Part shown: one piece after another, positions 1-9,346 of the stretch
Numbering within the stretch: the first letter of the stretch is position 1
How the letters are laid out: each line of letters opens with the position of its first letter
From: Erysipelotrichaceae bacterium
GTDB taxonomy: Bacteria; Bacillota_I; Bacilli_A; Erysipelotrichales; Coprobacillaceae
Assembly: GCA_028698185.1 (NCBI GenBank)
Contig: JAQVDW010000004.1
Span: forward strand, 60,001 to 92,000
Reading direction: 5' to 3'
Length of the DNA: 32,000 bases
Notes under the pieces: generated by a model
Told to the model about the DNA's origin: nothing
What the model saw: the letters and a program-made list of their open reading frames with translations, nothing else
Databases searched by the model: none
Position numbers and translations under genes: made by a program

Positions 1-353
1 TGACTGTGAAGAATTGTACGATCATCGGCGAGTACCTTGGTTGGAACTCGAAAAATGTGACTTTCATTGATTGCACCATTTCGAGTCTGCAGGGGCTGTG
101 TTACATCGATAACCTGAAAATGGTCAACTGCAAGCTGCTTGACACGACCCTGGCTTTCGAATATTCGACAGTCGATGTCCAAGTTGATGGCGAAATCGCC
201 AGTGTCATCAACCCGACAAGCGGAATCATCAAAGCAAAGGCCATCAACGAGCTGATCATGGATGGGACAAAAATAGATCCGGCCAAAACCCAGATAATCA
301 TTGATGAATTTCATCAGTCTGATCCCAGGCAAGCAGGAATAGTCTGCAACTAA
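1..353 (+). CDS. C-terminal part of a parallel beta-helix repeat protein (DUF3737-like); the 5' end lies outside the window
   Basis: The frame is open from the window edge to TAA at 351-353. It contains short repeated strand units (NCTIIG, VTFIDCTI, LKMVNCKL, LAFEYSTVDV) typical of right-handed beta-helix proteins. The family name is recalled from similar Firmicutes proteins and was not searched. Confidence 0.45.
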   Translation, partial: TVKNCTIIGEYLGWNSKNVTFIDCTISSLQGLCYIDNLKMVNCKLLDTTLAFEYSTVDVQVDGEIASVINPTSGIIKAKAINELIMDGTKIDPAKTQIIIDEFHQSDPRQAGIVCN

Positions 354-363
354 GGAGAATCAT

Positions 364-1524
364 ATGAGTGAATTCGACAAATTGACTGACCGCTTCAATA
401 GCGGTTCATACAAGTGGGACATCAAGGAGAATGAATTGCCGATGTGGGTGGCGGACATGGATTTCAATACCGCCCCTGCTGTCGTATCGGCTTTGTATGA
501 ACGCGTGGACCATGGTATTTTTGGCTACAACATCGTACCGGACGAATTTTTTGAAAGTTATCGGAAATGGTGGGGCAACCGCCATGACTTCAATATTGAA
601 AAAGAATGGATGATGTTTTGCACCGGCGTTGTTCCGGCCATTTCATCGATTGTCCGCAAGCTGACGACGGTGGGCGAAAATGTCCTGATCCAATCACCAG
701 TCTACAACATCTTCTACAACTCGATCTTGAACAATGGCCGCAATGTCCTGTCAAGCGACCTGGTGTATGATGATGGGGCCTACCGGATCGACTTCGCCGA
801 TTTGGAAGCCAAGCTGGCAATGAAACAGACGACGCTGATGATCCTGTGCAATCCCCACAACCCGATTGGAAAAATCTGGGACAAAAGCACCCTGAGAAAA
901 ATCGGGGACCTTTGCGCCAAGCATCACGTGTTGGTGGTCAGTGATGAAATCCACTGTGACATCACCGCGCCGGGGAAAAGCTATATCCCATTTGCGAGTG
1001 TCTCGGACAATAATCTCAACAACTCGATCACCCTGATCGCTCCAACAAAGGCCTTCAATCTGGCTGGGTTGCAGACATCGTGCATCGTTGTGGCTGATGA
1101 ATATCTCCGCCACAAAGTCAACCGGGGCATCAACACCGATGAAGTGGCCGAACCAAACAGCTTCGCGGTCACTGCCACAATTGCCGCGTTCGAACATGGT
1201 AGTGAATGGCTTGAACAGATGAAAGAATATGTCCAAACAAACAAGCAGACAGCCACCGCTTTTATCCGGGAACAAATCCCCCAAATCAAAGTGGTTGAAA
1301 GCGAGGCCACCTACCTGATGTGGCTCGACTGTTCGAGCATAACGACCGCCAGCGATAAGCTCGTGGAGTTCATCAGGGAAGCGACCGGCCTGATTTTAAG
1401 TTCGGGTCAGGAGTACGGCCCAAACGGATCCGGGTTTGTCCGGATGAACGTGGCCTGCGCCAGGGAACGTCTCGAAGATGGGCTGGCACGGCTGGAAAAA
1501 GGGATTAAGGGTTTTAAAATTTGA
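364..1524 (+). CDS. PLP-dependent C-S lyase / class I-II aminotransferase (MalY/PatB cystathionine beta-lyase type)
   Basis: 386-aa ORF with AAGGAG upstream of the ATG. The N-terminus (DRFNSGSYKWD) and the PLP-lysine region (APTKAFNLAGL) resemble MalY/PatB enzymes. The length is typical. Confidence 0.8.
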   Translation: MSEFDKLTDRFNSGSYKWDIKENELPMWVADMDFNTAPAVVSALYERVDHGIFGYNIVPDEFFESYRKWWGNRHDFNIEKEWMMFCTGVVPAISSIVRKLTTVGENVLIQSPVYNIFYNSILNNGRNVLSSDLVYDDGAYRIDFADLEAKLAMKQTTLMILCNPHNPIGKIWDKSTLRKIGDLCAKHHVLVVSDEIHCDITAPGKSYIPFASVSDNNLNNSITLIAPTKAFNLAGLQTSCIVVADEYLRHKVNRGINTDEVAEPNSFAVTATIAAFEHGSEWLEQMKEYVQTNKQTATAFIREQIPQIKVVESEATYLMWLDCSSITTASDKLVEFIREATGLILSSGQEYGPNGSGFVRMNVACARERLEDGLARLEKGIKGFKI

Positions 1525-1534
1525 ATATAAATGT

Positions 1535-1569
1535 AAAAACAGCCATCCAGTGATATAGTGGCTGTTTTT
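1535..1569. terminator. bidirectional rho-independent terminator between convergent genes
   Basis: AAAAACAGCCA ... TGGCTGTTTTT inverted repeat flanked by an A-run and a T-run. It overlaps the 3' end of the minus-strand AraC gene. Confidence 0.6.
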
Positions 1570-2551
1570 ACATGGAAAATCGGTCGCGGTATTGCTTGGG
1601 GGTGCAGTTGTAGCGCTCCTTGAACTTCCGGTAGAAAAAATTCAGGTTGTTGTAGCCGCAATTTTGAGCCACCTGTTCAATCGGATCGGTCGTGTTGACA
1701 AGCAATCTGACGCCGTGGTCGAGCCGCAACTTGATGACAATGTCCTTGAAAGACTTTCCAAAATTCTTCTTAAGCAAAGTTGTCAAATAGCAGGGGTTGA
1801 CGTTCACGTGGGCTGCGGTCTGTTCCAAGGTACATGATTGGAAATTGTTTTCCATGAAGCGCATCGCCTTGATCAATACGGAGTTGGAGCGGGAAACGGA
1901 GTTCAAGTCGAGGTTGTTCTCGAGATTGTTGCTTATGTCCAGGATTATCAGGAAAAAGAGGTTCTTTATTATTTCCTGCGCATTGGCAGAGGGCCGATAG
2001 TATTCAAGCAACAGCTCCTGCAAAAACAGCTGGATTCGATAATTGTTTTGGGTATTGAAGACCAGGTAATTCAGGTTATGATCGTCTGAAGAGATGGCGT
2101 TAAGGAAAAAGTTGGTGATCAGATTGTTTTCGCTCACCCGGGAAAAGAAACCGCTGTTGAGGAATTGTTTTGATACGATGATGTTGATCAGAATATCATC
2201 TTCATCAGTATTGCCGATCGCATGCGGGGTCTTGGTGTCGATAAAAGTCATCTGGCCCTTCTTCAGGCTTATCTGATGCTGGCCGATTTTCTGGATGCAG
2301 CTTCCCGAAAACATGTAATTGAGTTCGACATAATCATGGACATGTTGGGGGACGGGGGCAAATCGCTCGTTTTTCACCACAAGCAAGGAATGTTCGGGGA
2401 TGTAGCGGTTCAGTTCGAATCTGTATACCTTCTCGTTGTTCGAGTCCAAAAAAAAGTCAACTCCCGAGTAGTCGTGGCCTTCATTATGGAGGTGCCTTGT
2501 TTCAGATTCGCTGTGTTTTATCAATGTATTTTTTAGTATTTCGCTTTCCAT
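1568..2551 (-). CDS. AraC-family transcriptional regulator (cupin sensor + C-terminal double HTH)
   Basis: It has a cupin-like HVHDYVELNYMFSG region and a C-terminal AraC HTH (TLEQTAAHVNVNPCYLTTLLKK ... VAQNCGYNNLNFFYRKFK). I moved the start to ATG 2551 (MESEILK), which has AGGTGA upstream. ATG 2569 sits directly on a TATAAT box with no SD. Confidence 0.85.
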   Translation of the reverse strand: MESEILKNTLIKHSESETRHLHNEGHDYSGVDFFLDSNNEKVYRFELNRYIPEHSLLVVKNERFAPVPQHVHDYVELNYMFSGSCIQKIGQHQISLKKGQMTFIDTKTPHAIGNTDEDDILINIIVSKQFLNSGFFSRVSENNLITNFFLNAISSDDHNLNYLVFNTQNNYRIQLFLQELLLEYYRPSANAQEIIKNLFFLIILDISNNLENNLDLNSVSRSNSVLIKAMRFMENNFQSCTLEQTAAHVNVNPCYLTTLLKKNFGKSFKDIVIKLRLDHGVRLLVNTTDPIEQVAQNCGYNNLNFFYRKFKERYNCTPKQYRDRFSM

Positions 2552-2670
2552 AGTATCACCTGGTTTCATTATACTAGCTAAAGTTTGGTTAGTAAAGCTG
2601 TGAAATACCGATATTTATATGGTGCCATTTCAGTAGTACAATTAGGTAGGTAATATGGAAGGAGTAAACC

Positions 2671-3678
2671 ATGATTGATCAGGACATTATCGAGAAATTG
2701 GTGTATTTCACCGATGAAGAATTAGACAATCTCAATGGAAAGTCAAAAATTGACCGGAGCATCTTTTTAAATGGCTTTGACGATGTGGTTGACTGCAACA
2801 GGATATTAGGGAAAGACGAGCAGTTTGCAATCCGGAAGCACGCCCGGTTTGCCGCTTATCCCAAACATCGCCATAACTATCTTGAGCTGCTGTATGTCTA
2901 TTCAGGCACCATGACCAATCTGATCGACAATCAAAGGGTTGTCGTCAATGAAGGTGATCTGATTTTTCTCAATCAGAATGTTGCCCACGAGATTGAATAC
3001 ACCAACGAGAATGACATCGTGTTCAACTTCATCATCAAGCCGGAGTTTCTCGAGTTTGTTTCGTCATTGAACGGCCAATGCAATGAGGTGTTTGCGTTTT
3101 TAATTGAATCGCTATATTCAAGTTCCAGAACCGGCGAGTATTTCGTCTTCAAACTCCAAGACAGCGAAATAATCAAGAACTACATCGATAATATCGTTAC
3201 CACACTTTACCTCGAACCGGTAAACCACAAGGTCAAGTTGAAACTTCTGATGGGACTGTTGCTGGTGGAGTTGGCCAGTTCGACCGATTATATCGTCAAC
3301 CGGATTGGCAATGATGACCAGTCCCAAATAATGGAAAAAGTATATTATTACATCAAAAACTGCTACACTGAGGGTTCGCTGCAGTCGTTGGCTGATGCTC
3401 TTGACCTTAGCGACTATTGCCTGAGCAAGATCATCAAGAAACATACTGACCATACTTTCAAACAGCTCATCCAGCAGCAAAGACTCAAGCAGGCAATCAT
3501 CCTTTTGCAGTCGACCCGTCTGCCGGTAGCGGAAATCGTGTGCGAAGTCGGTTATGAAAACGTGACTCATTTCTATCGGATCTTCAAATCGGCATACAAA
3601 CTCACCCCGAGTATCTACCGCGAACGTTACCTCGGTGCAAAAAATGATATGGTGGCCACAAGCTACGACATAGGATGA
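2671..3678 (+). CDS. AraC-family transcriptional regulator, paralogue of the divergent neighbour
   Basis: GGAAGGAG SD. The architecture matches the neighbour: KHRHNYLELLYVYSG cupin region and a C-terminal HTH (LQSLADALDLSDYCLSKIIKK ... CEVGYENVTHFYRIFK). Confidence 0.85.
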   Translation: MIDQDIIEKLVYFTDEELDNLNGKSKIDRSIFLNGFDDVVDCNRILGKDEQFAIRKHARFAAYPKHRHNYLELLYVYSGTMTNLIDNQRVVVNEGDLIFLNQNVAHEIEYTNENDIVFNFIIKPEFLEFVSSLNGQCNEVFAFLIESLYSSSRTGEYFVFKLQDSEIIKNYIDNIVTTLYLEPVNHKVKLKLLMGLLLVELASSTDYIVNRIGNDDQSQIMEKVYYYIKNCYTEGSLQSLADALDLSDYCLSKIIKKHTDHTFKQLIQQQRLKQAIILLQSTRLPVAEIVCEVGYENVTHFYRIFKSAYKLTPSIYRERYLGAKNDMVATSYDIG

Positions 3679-3733
3679 AAGGGTTTGCTTTGATAAGATG
3701 AATATGTCTTAGAAATACAGGGAGGAAATATTT

Positions 3734-5035
3734 ATGGACAAAATCGAGAGGATTTTAGGCCCGCTTGCCAATGGCCTGAATCAAAACAAAATCATTCAAT
3801 CAGTAATGAAAGCGCTGATGTCATTGATGCCGGCATTGATGATGGGGGCGCTGGGATCACTGGCACAACAGATTCCAGTTGCCGGGTATCAAAGCTTTAT
3901 CCAAAGTTCGGGAATTTACGCTTTCACCCAGGTTCTGGTCAATGTGACAACCAACATGCTGGCATTGTATGCCGTGTTTGCAATCGGCTATGTCTTTGTA
4001 AAAGAAGAAGGCTATGACGGTTTCACCGGTGGGATCCTGTCCCTGGTGGCATTCATGGTGGTGACGCCGATGGACACCGTTGGCGAAGGGTGGTTTGCGA
4101 TAACGAGCCTGCCTCTTAGCTGGCTTGGTGCAAAAGGATTGTTCTCGGCCATGATCGTGGCCTTGCTCACCGGCTATGTCTACACTTTCCTGATGCGAAA
4201 GAACATCACAATCAAAATGCCTGAAGGAGTGCCGCCCTTTGTTGCCAAATCATTTACCGGGATCATTCCCGGGCTGGTCATTGCGGTTATCTTCGGGGTC
4301 ATCACCTTTGTCTTCAAGTCGACGTCATATGGGAACATGCATCAGGCGGTCTACAGCCTGATCGGAGCACCGTTGGCGACAATCGGCGGATCCGTCTGGG
4401 CAGCCATGTTCATCTACGTGCTTACAGGTCTTTGCTGGTTCTTCGGGATCCATGGGATTGCGGTAATCAGTGCCGTTTTACCAATCTGGATGGCGGCGGA
4501 TGCGGCCAATGTGGCGGCAATTTCGGCAGGTCTTGGTGCAACGAATATCGTCACCTACAACTGGATTCAGGCGGTGGCCAATATCGGCGGGGCCGGGTGC
4601 ACTCTTGGTCTTATCTTGCTATGTACCTTCCGGGCAAAGAGTGCCCGCTACAGGGAAATCGGAAAGATTGCGATTGTTCCTTCATTCTTTGGAATCAACG
4701 AACCGGTCGTGTTCGGTCTGCCTTGTATGCTTAATGCGACCCTGGCGATTCCATTCATCTTCCTGCCGGTCGTTTTGATCGGATTGTCATATCTGCTTAC
4801 TATCGCTGGAATCTTGCCAGTTGGAAACGGGATTGCCGCTGGGGCAGCCATTCCGGTATTCTCAGGCCTGTTGATTGGCGGATGGCGCGTCGCTGTCTGG
4901 AACATTGTCGAAGTGTTCATAACCATTGCAGTCTACTATCCGTTCTTTAGAATCATTGACAAGCAGGCAGTAAATGATGAATCTGGCGTCGGGCAAACCA
5001 ACGAAGAAATAAAAGGAAAAGAAAAAATAGCCTAG
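3734..5035 (+). CDS. PTS sugar transporter subunit EIIC (lactose/cellobiose, type-3 EIIC family)
   Basis: 433-aa polytopic membrane protein with an AGGGAGG SD. The N-terminus (LGPLANGLNQNKIIQSV) and overall hydrophobic pattern are typical of cellobiose-family EIIC. No EIIB or EIIA ORF is present in the window. Confidence 0.85.
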   Translation: MDKIERILGPLANGLNQNKIIQSVMKALMSLMPALMMGALGSLAQQIPVAGYQSFIQSSGIYAFTQVLVNVTTNMLALYAVFAIGYVFVKEEGYDGFTGGILSLVAFMVVTPMDTVGEGWFAITSLPLSWLGAKGLFSAMIVALLTGYVYTFLMRKNITIKMPEGVPPFVAKSFTGIIPGLVIAVIFGVITFVFKSTSYGNMHQAVYSLIGAPLATIGGSVWAAMFIYVLTGLCWFFGIHGIAVISAVLPIWMAADAANVAAISAGLGATNIVTYNWIQAVANIGGAGCTLGLILLCTFRAKSARYREIGKIAIVPSFFGINEPVVFGLPCMLNATLAIPFIFLPVVLIGLSYLLTIAGILPVGNGIAAGAAIPVFSGLLIGGWRVAVWNIVEVFITIAVYYPFFRIIDKQAVNDESGVGQTNEEIKGKEKIA

Positions 5036-5046
5036 GGCTATTTTTT
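5022..5046 (+). terminator. weak hairpin + T-run overlapping the EIIC stop (possible partial terminator between EIIC and the hydrolase)
   Basis: ATAGCC-tag-GGCTAT followed by TTTTT. The 3-nt loop makes it marginal. Confidence 0.35.
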
Positions 5047-5113
5047 CACTAATAAGAAGATGTCGCACCGATCTTGATTTAAGGTTGATGCAGCAATTTG
5101 AAGGGAGCAACAG

Positions 5114-7651
5114 ATGAAAAAAGTATCAGAGAACTTATCGAACCAAAATGGCCACTACCTATATCCGTTTTTCTGGCAGCATGGTGAAAGCAATGAAAAA
5201 ATAGAAGAGTATATGGACAAGATGCTTGAACAGGGCATTTACAATGTCTGCATCGAATCCCGGCCCCATCCCGATTTTCTGGGGCCGGGCTGGTGGCAAA
5301 GCATGGATGGAATCATCGCGAAGGCGAAAAAACAGGGGATGAAGATCTGGATCCTCGACGATGCAAAATTCCCGACTGGTTATGCAAATGGCCAGGTGCC
5401 CAAGTCTTTGCAAAAAAAATATCTCAATATCCGCCGTTTTGATGTCGTCGGGCCGAATCGTTATGGCCAGCTTGACCTAAGGACACTTGTCGACATGCGC
5501 GAATATTCCAAGGATCCCCGTCATAAAGATGATGAGTTCTTCAAAGCCTTCATCGCGCGCAATGATCCAAGCGCCAAAGATGCTTTTTTTGAAGCCAGCC
5601 TTACAGACATCACCTCGTGTTATATTGACGGTTATTTGAATTTCGAACTGGCCTGCGACAACTACAGCATATTTGTGATCTATAAAACGACTTGCGGCCA
5701 GGAAGCGGCCACCAGTGACTATCTCGACCCAACCCTGAAAGAAGCGACCGATGTTTTGATCAATGAAGTTTATGAGAAACATTATGATCGTTATCGAAGC
5801 GAATTCGGCAAGACGATAGTCGGTTTTTTCTCGGACGAGCCGCGTTTTGGGAATATCAAGGGTCCTGATTCAATCATCGGCAAGACCCTGATGCCATTGC
5901 CATACAATGATCTGGTTGAAAGAAAGCTCGCTGAGCGATGCGGGAACAATAGTGATTATCTGGTTTTCCTTTTTTATGGCCAAAGCGAGCTGGCCAGTTC
6001 GACACGTTTTAGCTACATGGATGTTGTATCCAACCTTTATCAGGAAAATTTTTCAAAGCATATCGGAGCTTGGTGTCAAAACCATGGTGTTGAATATGTC
6101 GGCCATGTGATCGAGGACAACAATGCCCATGCCCGGCTGGGTTACGGTCCGGGTCATTATTTCCGGGCCATGGCCGGGCAGGATATGGCCGGAATTGACA
6201 TCATTGGCGGCCAGGTCGTTCCGGGCATGGATTATTTCCATGAAGCCTTCTCGACCGGCGGCAGCGATGGGGAGTTCTACCATTATGGCCTGGCCAATAT
6301 GGGGGCATCGTGCGCCAAGCTGGATCCCAGAAAAAAGGGCCGGCTGATGTGCGAGGCTTATGGGGCTTACGGCTGGATCGAGGGGTTGAAAATGATGAAG
6401 TGGATCTCCGATCATATGATCAGCCATGGGGTCAATGTGATTGTGCCCCATGCCTTTTCACCCAAGGAGTTTCCTGATTGGGATTGCCCGCCTCATTTCT
6501 ATGCCCATGGCAAGAATCCCCAATATCCTTATTTCCATCATCTGACCGGATATCTCGATCGGCTTTGCCATCTTTTCAGCGATGGCTACAAATGCGCCCA
6601 GGTAGGTGTGCTTTATCATGGTTTTGGGGAATGGTCAGGTGAAGCGATGTTGATGCAAAAAGTACTCAAGGAGTTGCAACAAAACCAGATCAGTGCGGAT
6701 GTGATCAGCGAGGATTATCTATTGGAAGCGCAGATGCAATCTGGATCGTACCGGATCAACAACTATGATTATGATGTCCTGGTTGTCCCTTATTCCAGCA
6801 GACTGCCTCAATTCTTGCTGGATAAAATCAAGGAGCTGGCGAACCTTGTCCCGGTTTATTTTGTCGATAGTTATCCCGAAGAATTTGTTTGCGACAAAAC
6901 GCAACTGATAGGATTGGAAGATCTGGCGAACGAATTGGATAAATATCAGGATTTAAAAACCATCAACCTTGAACCATCTCTGGTCTGTTACAAATACCAG
7001 CAGGCTGACGGCATCAGCTATTTCCTGACCAACGAAAGTGTCACCAAGACAATCGCCACGACAGTATCGATAGAGGGGAATGCGAGATTATCGTGTTATG
7101 ATCCTATGACCAACGAAGTCTATCACCTGCAAACGGAATTTAGTTCCAGAGGTGTGGAGTTTGAACTGACATTGGAGCCTTATCAGTCGCTGGTCCTGGT
7201 GGAAATGGAATCGGATCGGATCAGACTTGAAAAGGGCCAGCTTATTAAAGCAGTCAGTGAGGCTGAGATCTCTTTGAAAGGGTTTGGTCAGGACGAATAT
7301 GAGCATATCGATTGCAACAGCTTTTCAGATTATCTTGGTCGCCGATATCCCGACTTCAGCGGTTCGATCAAATACGAATTTGAATTGGAGTTGTCACAAC
7401 CAGAGGCAATCCTGGAACTCGAAGAGGCCTATGAAACAATAACTATAATGGTAAATGGCAAAGAGGTGGCCACTTCGATTGCTCCGCCATACCGGTTTGA
7501 TCTGAGTGGATATCTTAAGTCAGAAAAAAATACCATTGCGATTGTCGCAACCAACACCATCTACCGGAATCAGCGTGATTCGTTTTCGGCGTATTATGCC
7601 TGCGAGCCGCTGGGGATTGTCGGACCTGTCAAGATATTTGAGCGAATGTGA
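5114..7651 (+). CDS. large cytoplasmic glycoside-hydrolase-like protein (family not assignable by eye)
   Basis: 845-aa ORF with a GAAGGGAG SD and no signal peptide. The N-terminal region (YPFFWQHGE ... CIESRPHPDF ... KIWILDDAKFPTGYANG) looks like a TIM-barrel hydrolase. The C-terminal ~120 aa (VNGKEVATSIAPPYRFDLSGYLKSEKNTIAIVATN) resemble the jelly-roll / galactose-binding-like module at the C-terminus of several GH families. Confidence 0.65.
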   Translation: MKKVSENLSNQNGHYLYPFFWQHGESNEKIEEYMDKMLEQGIYNVCIESRPHPDFLGPGWWQSMDGIIAKAKKQGMKIWILDDAKFPTGYANGQVPKSLQKKYLNIRRFDVVGPNRYGQLDLRTLVDMREYSKDPRHKDDEFFKAFIARNDPSAKDAFFEASLTDITSCYIDGYLNFELACDNYSIFVIYKTTCGQEAATSDYLDPTLKEATDVLINEVYEKHYDRYRSEFGKTIVGFFSDEPRFGNIKGPDSIIGKTLMPLPYNDLVERKLAERCGNNSDYLVFLFYGQSELASSTRFSYMDVVSNLYQENFSKHIGAWCQNHGVEYVGHVIEDNNAHARLGYGPGHYFRAMAGQDMAGIDIIGGQVVPGMDYFHEAFSTGGSDGEFYHYGLANMGASCAKLDPRKKGRLMCEAYGAYGWIEGLKMMKWISDHMISHGVNVIVPHAFSPKEFPDWDCPPHFYAHGKNPQYPYFHHLTGYLDRLCHLFSDGYKCAQVGVLYHGFGEWSGEAMLMQKVLKELQQNQISADVISEDYLLEAQMQSGSYRINNYDYDVLVVPYSSRLPQFLLDKIKELANLVPVYFVDSYPEEFVCDKTQLIGLEDLANELDKYQDLKTINLEPSLVCYKYQQADGISYFLTNESVTKTIATTVSIEGNARLSCYDPMTNEVYHLQTEFSSRGVEFELTLEPYQSLVLVEMESDRIRLEKGQLIKAVSEAEISLKGFGQDEYEHIDCNSFSDYLGRRYPDFSGSIKYEFELELSQPEAILELEEAYETITIMVNGKEVATSIAPPYRFDLSGYLKSEKNTIAIVATNTIYRNQRDSFSAYYACEPLGIVGPVKIFERM

Positions 7652-7752
7652 AGACAACTGAATCGCATTGTGATAAATTTGGGTTTTTGATAAGGACAAA
7701 ATTTCAGGTTTTTTAGAAGATGCCCATTGTCCAGACAAAAATATCACCTTTT

Positions 7753-7790
7753 AAGCTGCAACATACGGTTTGCAGCTTTTATCTTTTCTT
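7753..7790 (+). terminator. rho-independent terminator of the hydrolase transcript
   Basis: AAGCTGCAA-N8-TTGCAGCTT (9-bp perfect stem) followed by a T-rich tract. Confidence 0.6.
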
Positions 7791-7831
7791 GATCGGTAGT
7801 ATAATTTCCTTATGGAAAAAGCAGGGGAAAC

Positions 7832-8296
7832 ATGATGGCTGAAAGAGCGATCATTGCCAACAGCTCGAGCATCAACAATGAATATCCTGACAGGTTCAGG
7901 GAATACTTGCTTGACCAGGGCCTGAGCGGGATGGATGTCCACAACCATGTCTTCAACGGCGAATTCCATCCCAATGAATTCCTGAAGTCATACCGGCCCA
8001 TTTCGATGGCCAAAGGTTACAGGGTGATCGCTTGATTTTTCGATGACTGGTTCAATAAATCGGCTATTTGGGCCTTGCCGGCAGCTATCTGAGAAACGGT
8101 CAAATCAATCAAGAAATTTTACAAATTCCTGGTGACAAGATCCAAGATTCACGAATGGGAGTGTTTGTACTTGACCTTTGCCATCAGGCAAAAAATGCCT
8201 CATTGGGTTGGACTGGTGGAATTTGAAAAGATTAATGAACAAAGATTTCCAGCAGGAAAATTTGAAATGAATAAAGAAGATATTGAATACAGATAG
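7832..8296 (+). pseudogene. 155-codon reading frame interrupted only by two in-frame TGA codons (8033-8035, 8090-8092); possibly the N-terminal SAM-like domain remnant of a tyrosine recombinase
   Basis: Hand translation shows three open segments of 67, 18 and 68 codons, all in the same frame. AGGGGA lies upstream of the ATG. Helical patterns FREYLLDQGLS...FL and VKSIKKFYKFLV resemble integrase N-terminal domains. No catalytic domain follows, because the esterase gene starts at 8328. Confidence 0.35.
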
Positions 8297-8327
8297 ACAA
8301 TCAGGCAGCTGAAAAGGAGAAAATGAT

Positions 8328-9056
8328 ATGGATATCGAAATTAAAAGGGACAATCTGGTTTTGCGGGGCACCATGGAAAAACCCGAACAGGAAAGCTATG
8401 ATCTGGCGCTGATATTCCACGGGTTTACCGGAAACCGCAATGAAGCGTTGCTTTCAACCATCGCCAACCGTTTGCTTGAAAAGGGGATTGCCTCACTGCG
8501 GTTCGATTTCAACGGCCACGGTTCAAGCGACGGGCTGCTCAAGGACATGACGGTGCTCAACGAGATAGCCGACGCCAAGGCCATCCTCGATTATGGCAGA
8601 GCGCTTCCCAATGTCCGCAACATTTTTGTGCTGGGCCATTCCCAGGGCGGAGTGGTCGCAAGCATGCTCGCAGGCTATTATCCCGAATACATTGAAAAAC
8701 TGGTGTTGATGGCTCCGGCAGCGACTCTCAAGGACGACGCAATGAAAGGCGAATGCATGGATGCCCGCTACGATCCCAACCATGTTCCTGATGTGGTGAA
8801 TGTCATGGGAAAACCCATCGGCGGGTTCTATTTCCGGGTGGCCCAATTCCTGCCAATCTACGAAGTTGCCGCCAACTATCCCGGTCCGGTCTGTTTGATC
8901 CATGGCGAAGGTGACAAAGTTGTCGACCAGCAGGCCTCAATCCGTTATTATCGGACCTGCCAGAACAGCCAACTGCATCTAATCAACGGGGCCGACCATA
9001 TGTTTTCTAGCCCCCACTTTGATGAGGCGGTAAGCCTTGCGGTCGATTTCTTATAG
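8328..9056 (+). CDS. cinnamoyl / feruloyl esterase (alpha/beta hydrolase, LJ0536/Est1E type)
   Basis: AAGGAGA SD. Long collinear resemblance to characterised lactobacillal and Butyrivibrio cinnamoyl esterases: HGFTGNRNE, RFDFNGHGSSDG, the nucleophile elbow GHSQGG, PVCLIHGEGDKVV and GADHMF. No signal peptide. Confidence 0.85.
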   Translation: MDIEIKRDNLVLRGTMEKPEQESYDLALIFHGFTGNRNEALLSTIANRLLEKGIASLRFDFNGHGSSDGLLKDMTVLNEIADAKAILDYGRALPNVRNIFVLGHSQGGVVASMLAGYYPEYIEKLVLMAPAATLKDDAMKGECMDARYDPNHVPDVVNVMGKPIGGFYFRVAQFLPIYEVAANYPGPVCLIHGEGDKVVDQQASIRYYRTCQNSQLHLINGADHMFSSPHFDEAVSLAVDFL

Positions 9057-9206
9057 TGCCGGATAGAAGATCCGTTATTACCACGACAGGATAAAGGCGC
9101 TTTCCAGGATTCCTTGCCTGGGATTATAAATATTTGAAAAATCCCGCAGGACAGGTGAATTTTACTGTATTAACCATTGTTTTTGTGGTAAAGTGAACTA
9201 AACAAT

Positions 9207-9299
9207 AGGAGGAAGACAATGATTATCTAAATGACAAAACCAAACCAAATAATTCCGTTTGAATTTACGAATTTTTTGGCTGCCTTGTTGTCAGGATGA
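9207..9299 (+). promoter_or_regulatory. leader mini-ORFs: SD + ATG ATT ATC TAA (MII, 9219-9230) directly abutted by a 22-codon ORF (9231-9299)
   Basis: AGGAGG at 9207-9212 lies 6 nt before ATG 9219. The TAA at 9228-9230 is immediately followed by ATG 9231, which opens MTKPNQIIPFEFTNFLAALLSG. Position in the ABC-F leader. Confidence 0.45.
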
Positions 9300-9322
9300 A
9301 CATTGTTTTTTCATTTTAACAA

Positions 9323-9346
9323 GGGTCCCTTTTTTGGACTCTTTTT
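9323..9346 (+). terminator. attenuator-type hairpin + T5 in the ABC-F leader (a second weaker one lies at 9253-9278)
   Basis: GGGTCC-N7-GGACTC (one G-U pair) followed by TTTTT, 30 nt upstream of the ABC-F start. The upstream element is TTC(C)GT-N8-ACGAA + T6. Confidence 0.4.

Noticed and set aside
8033-8092. In-frame TGA codons as selenocysteine or as evidence that the host uses genetic code 4
   Set aside because: Neighbouring well-supported genes end in TGA (for example the hydrolase at 7649-7651 and the AraC gene at 3676-3678), so TGA is a functional stop here. I see no SECIS-like hairpin immediately 3' of either TGA. Trp-to-stop decay of a relic is simpler.
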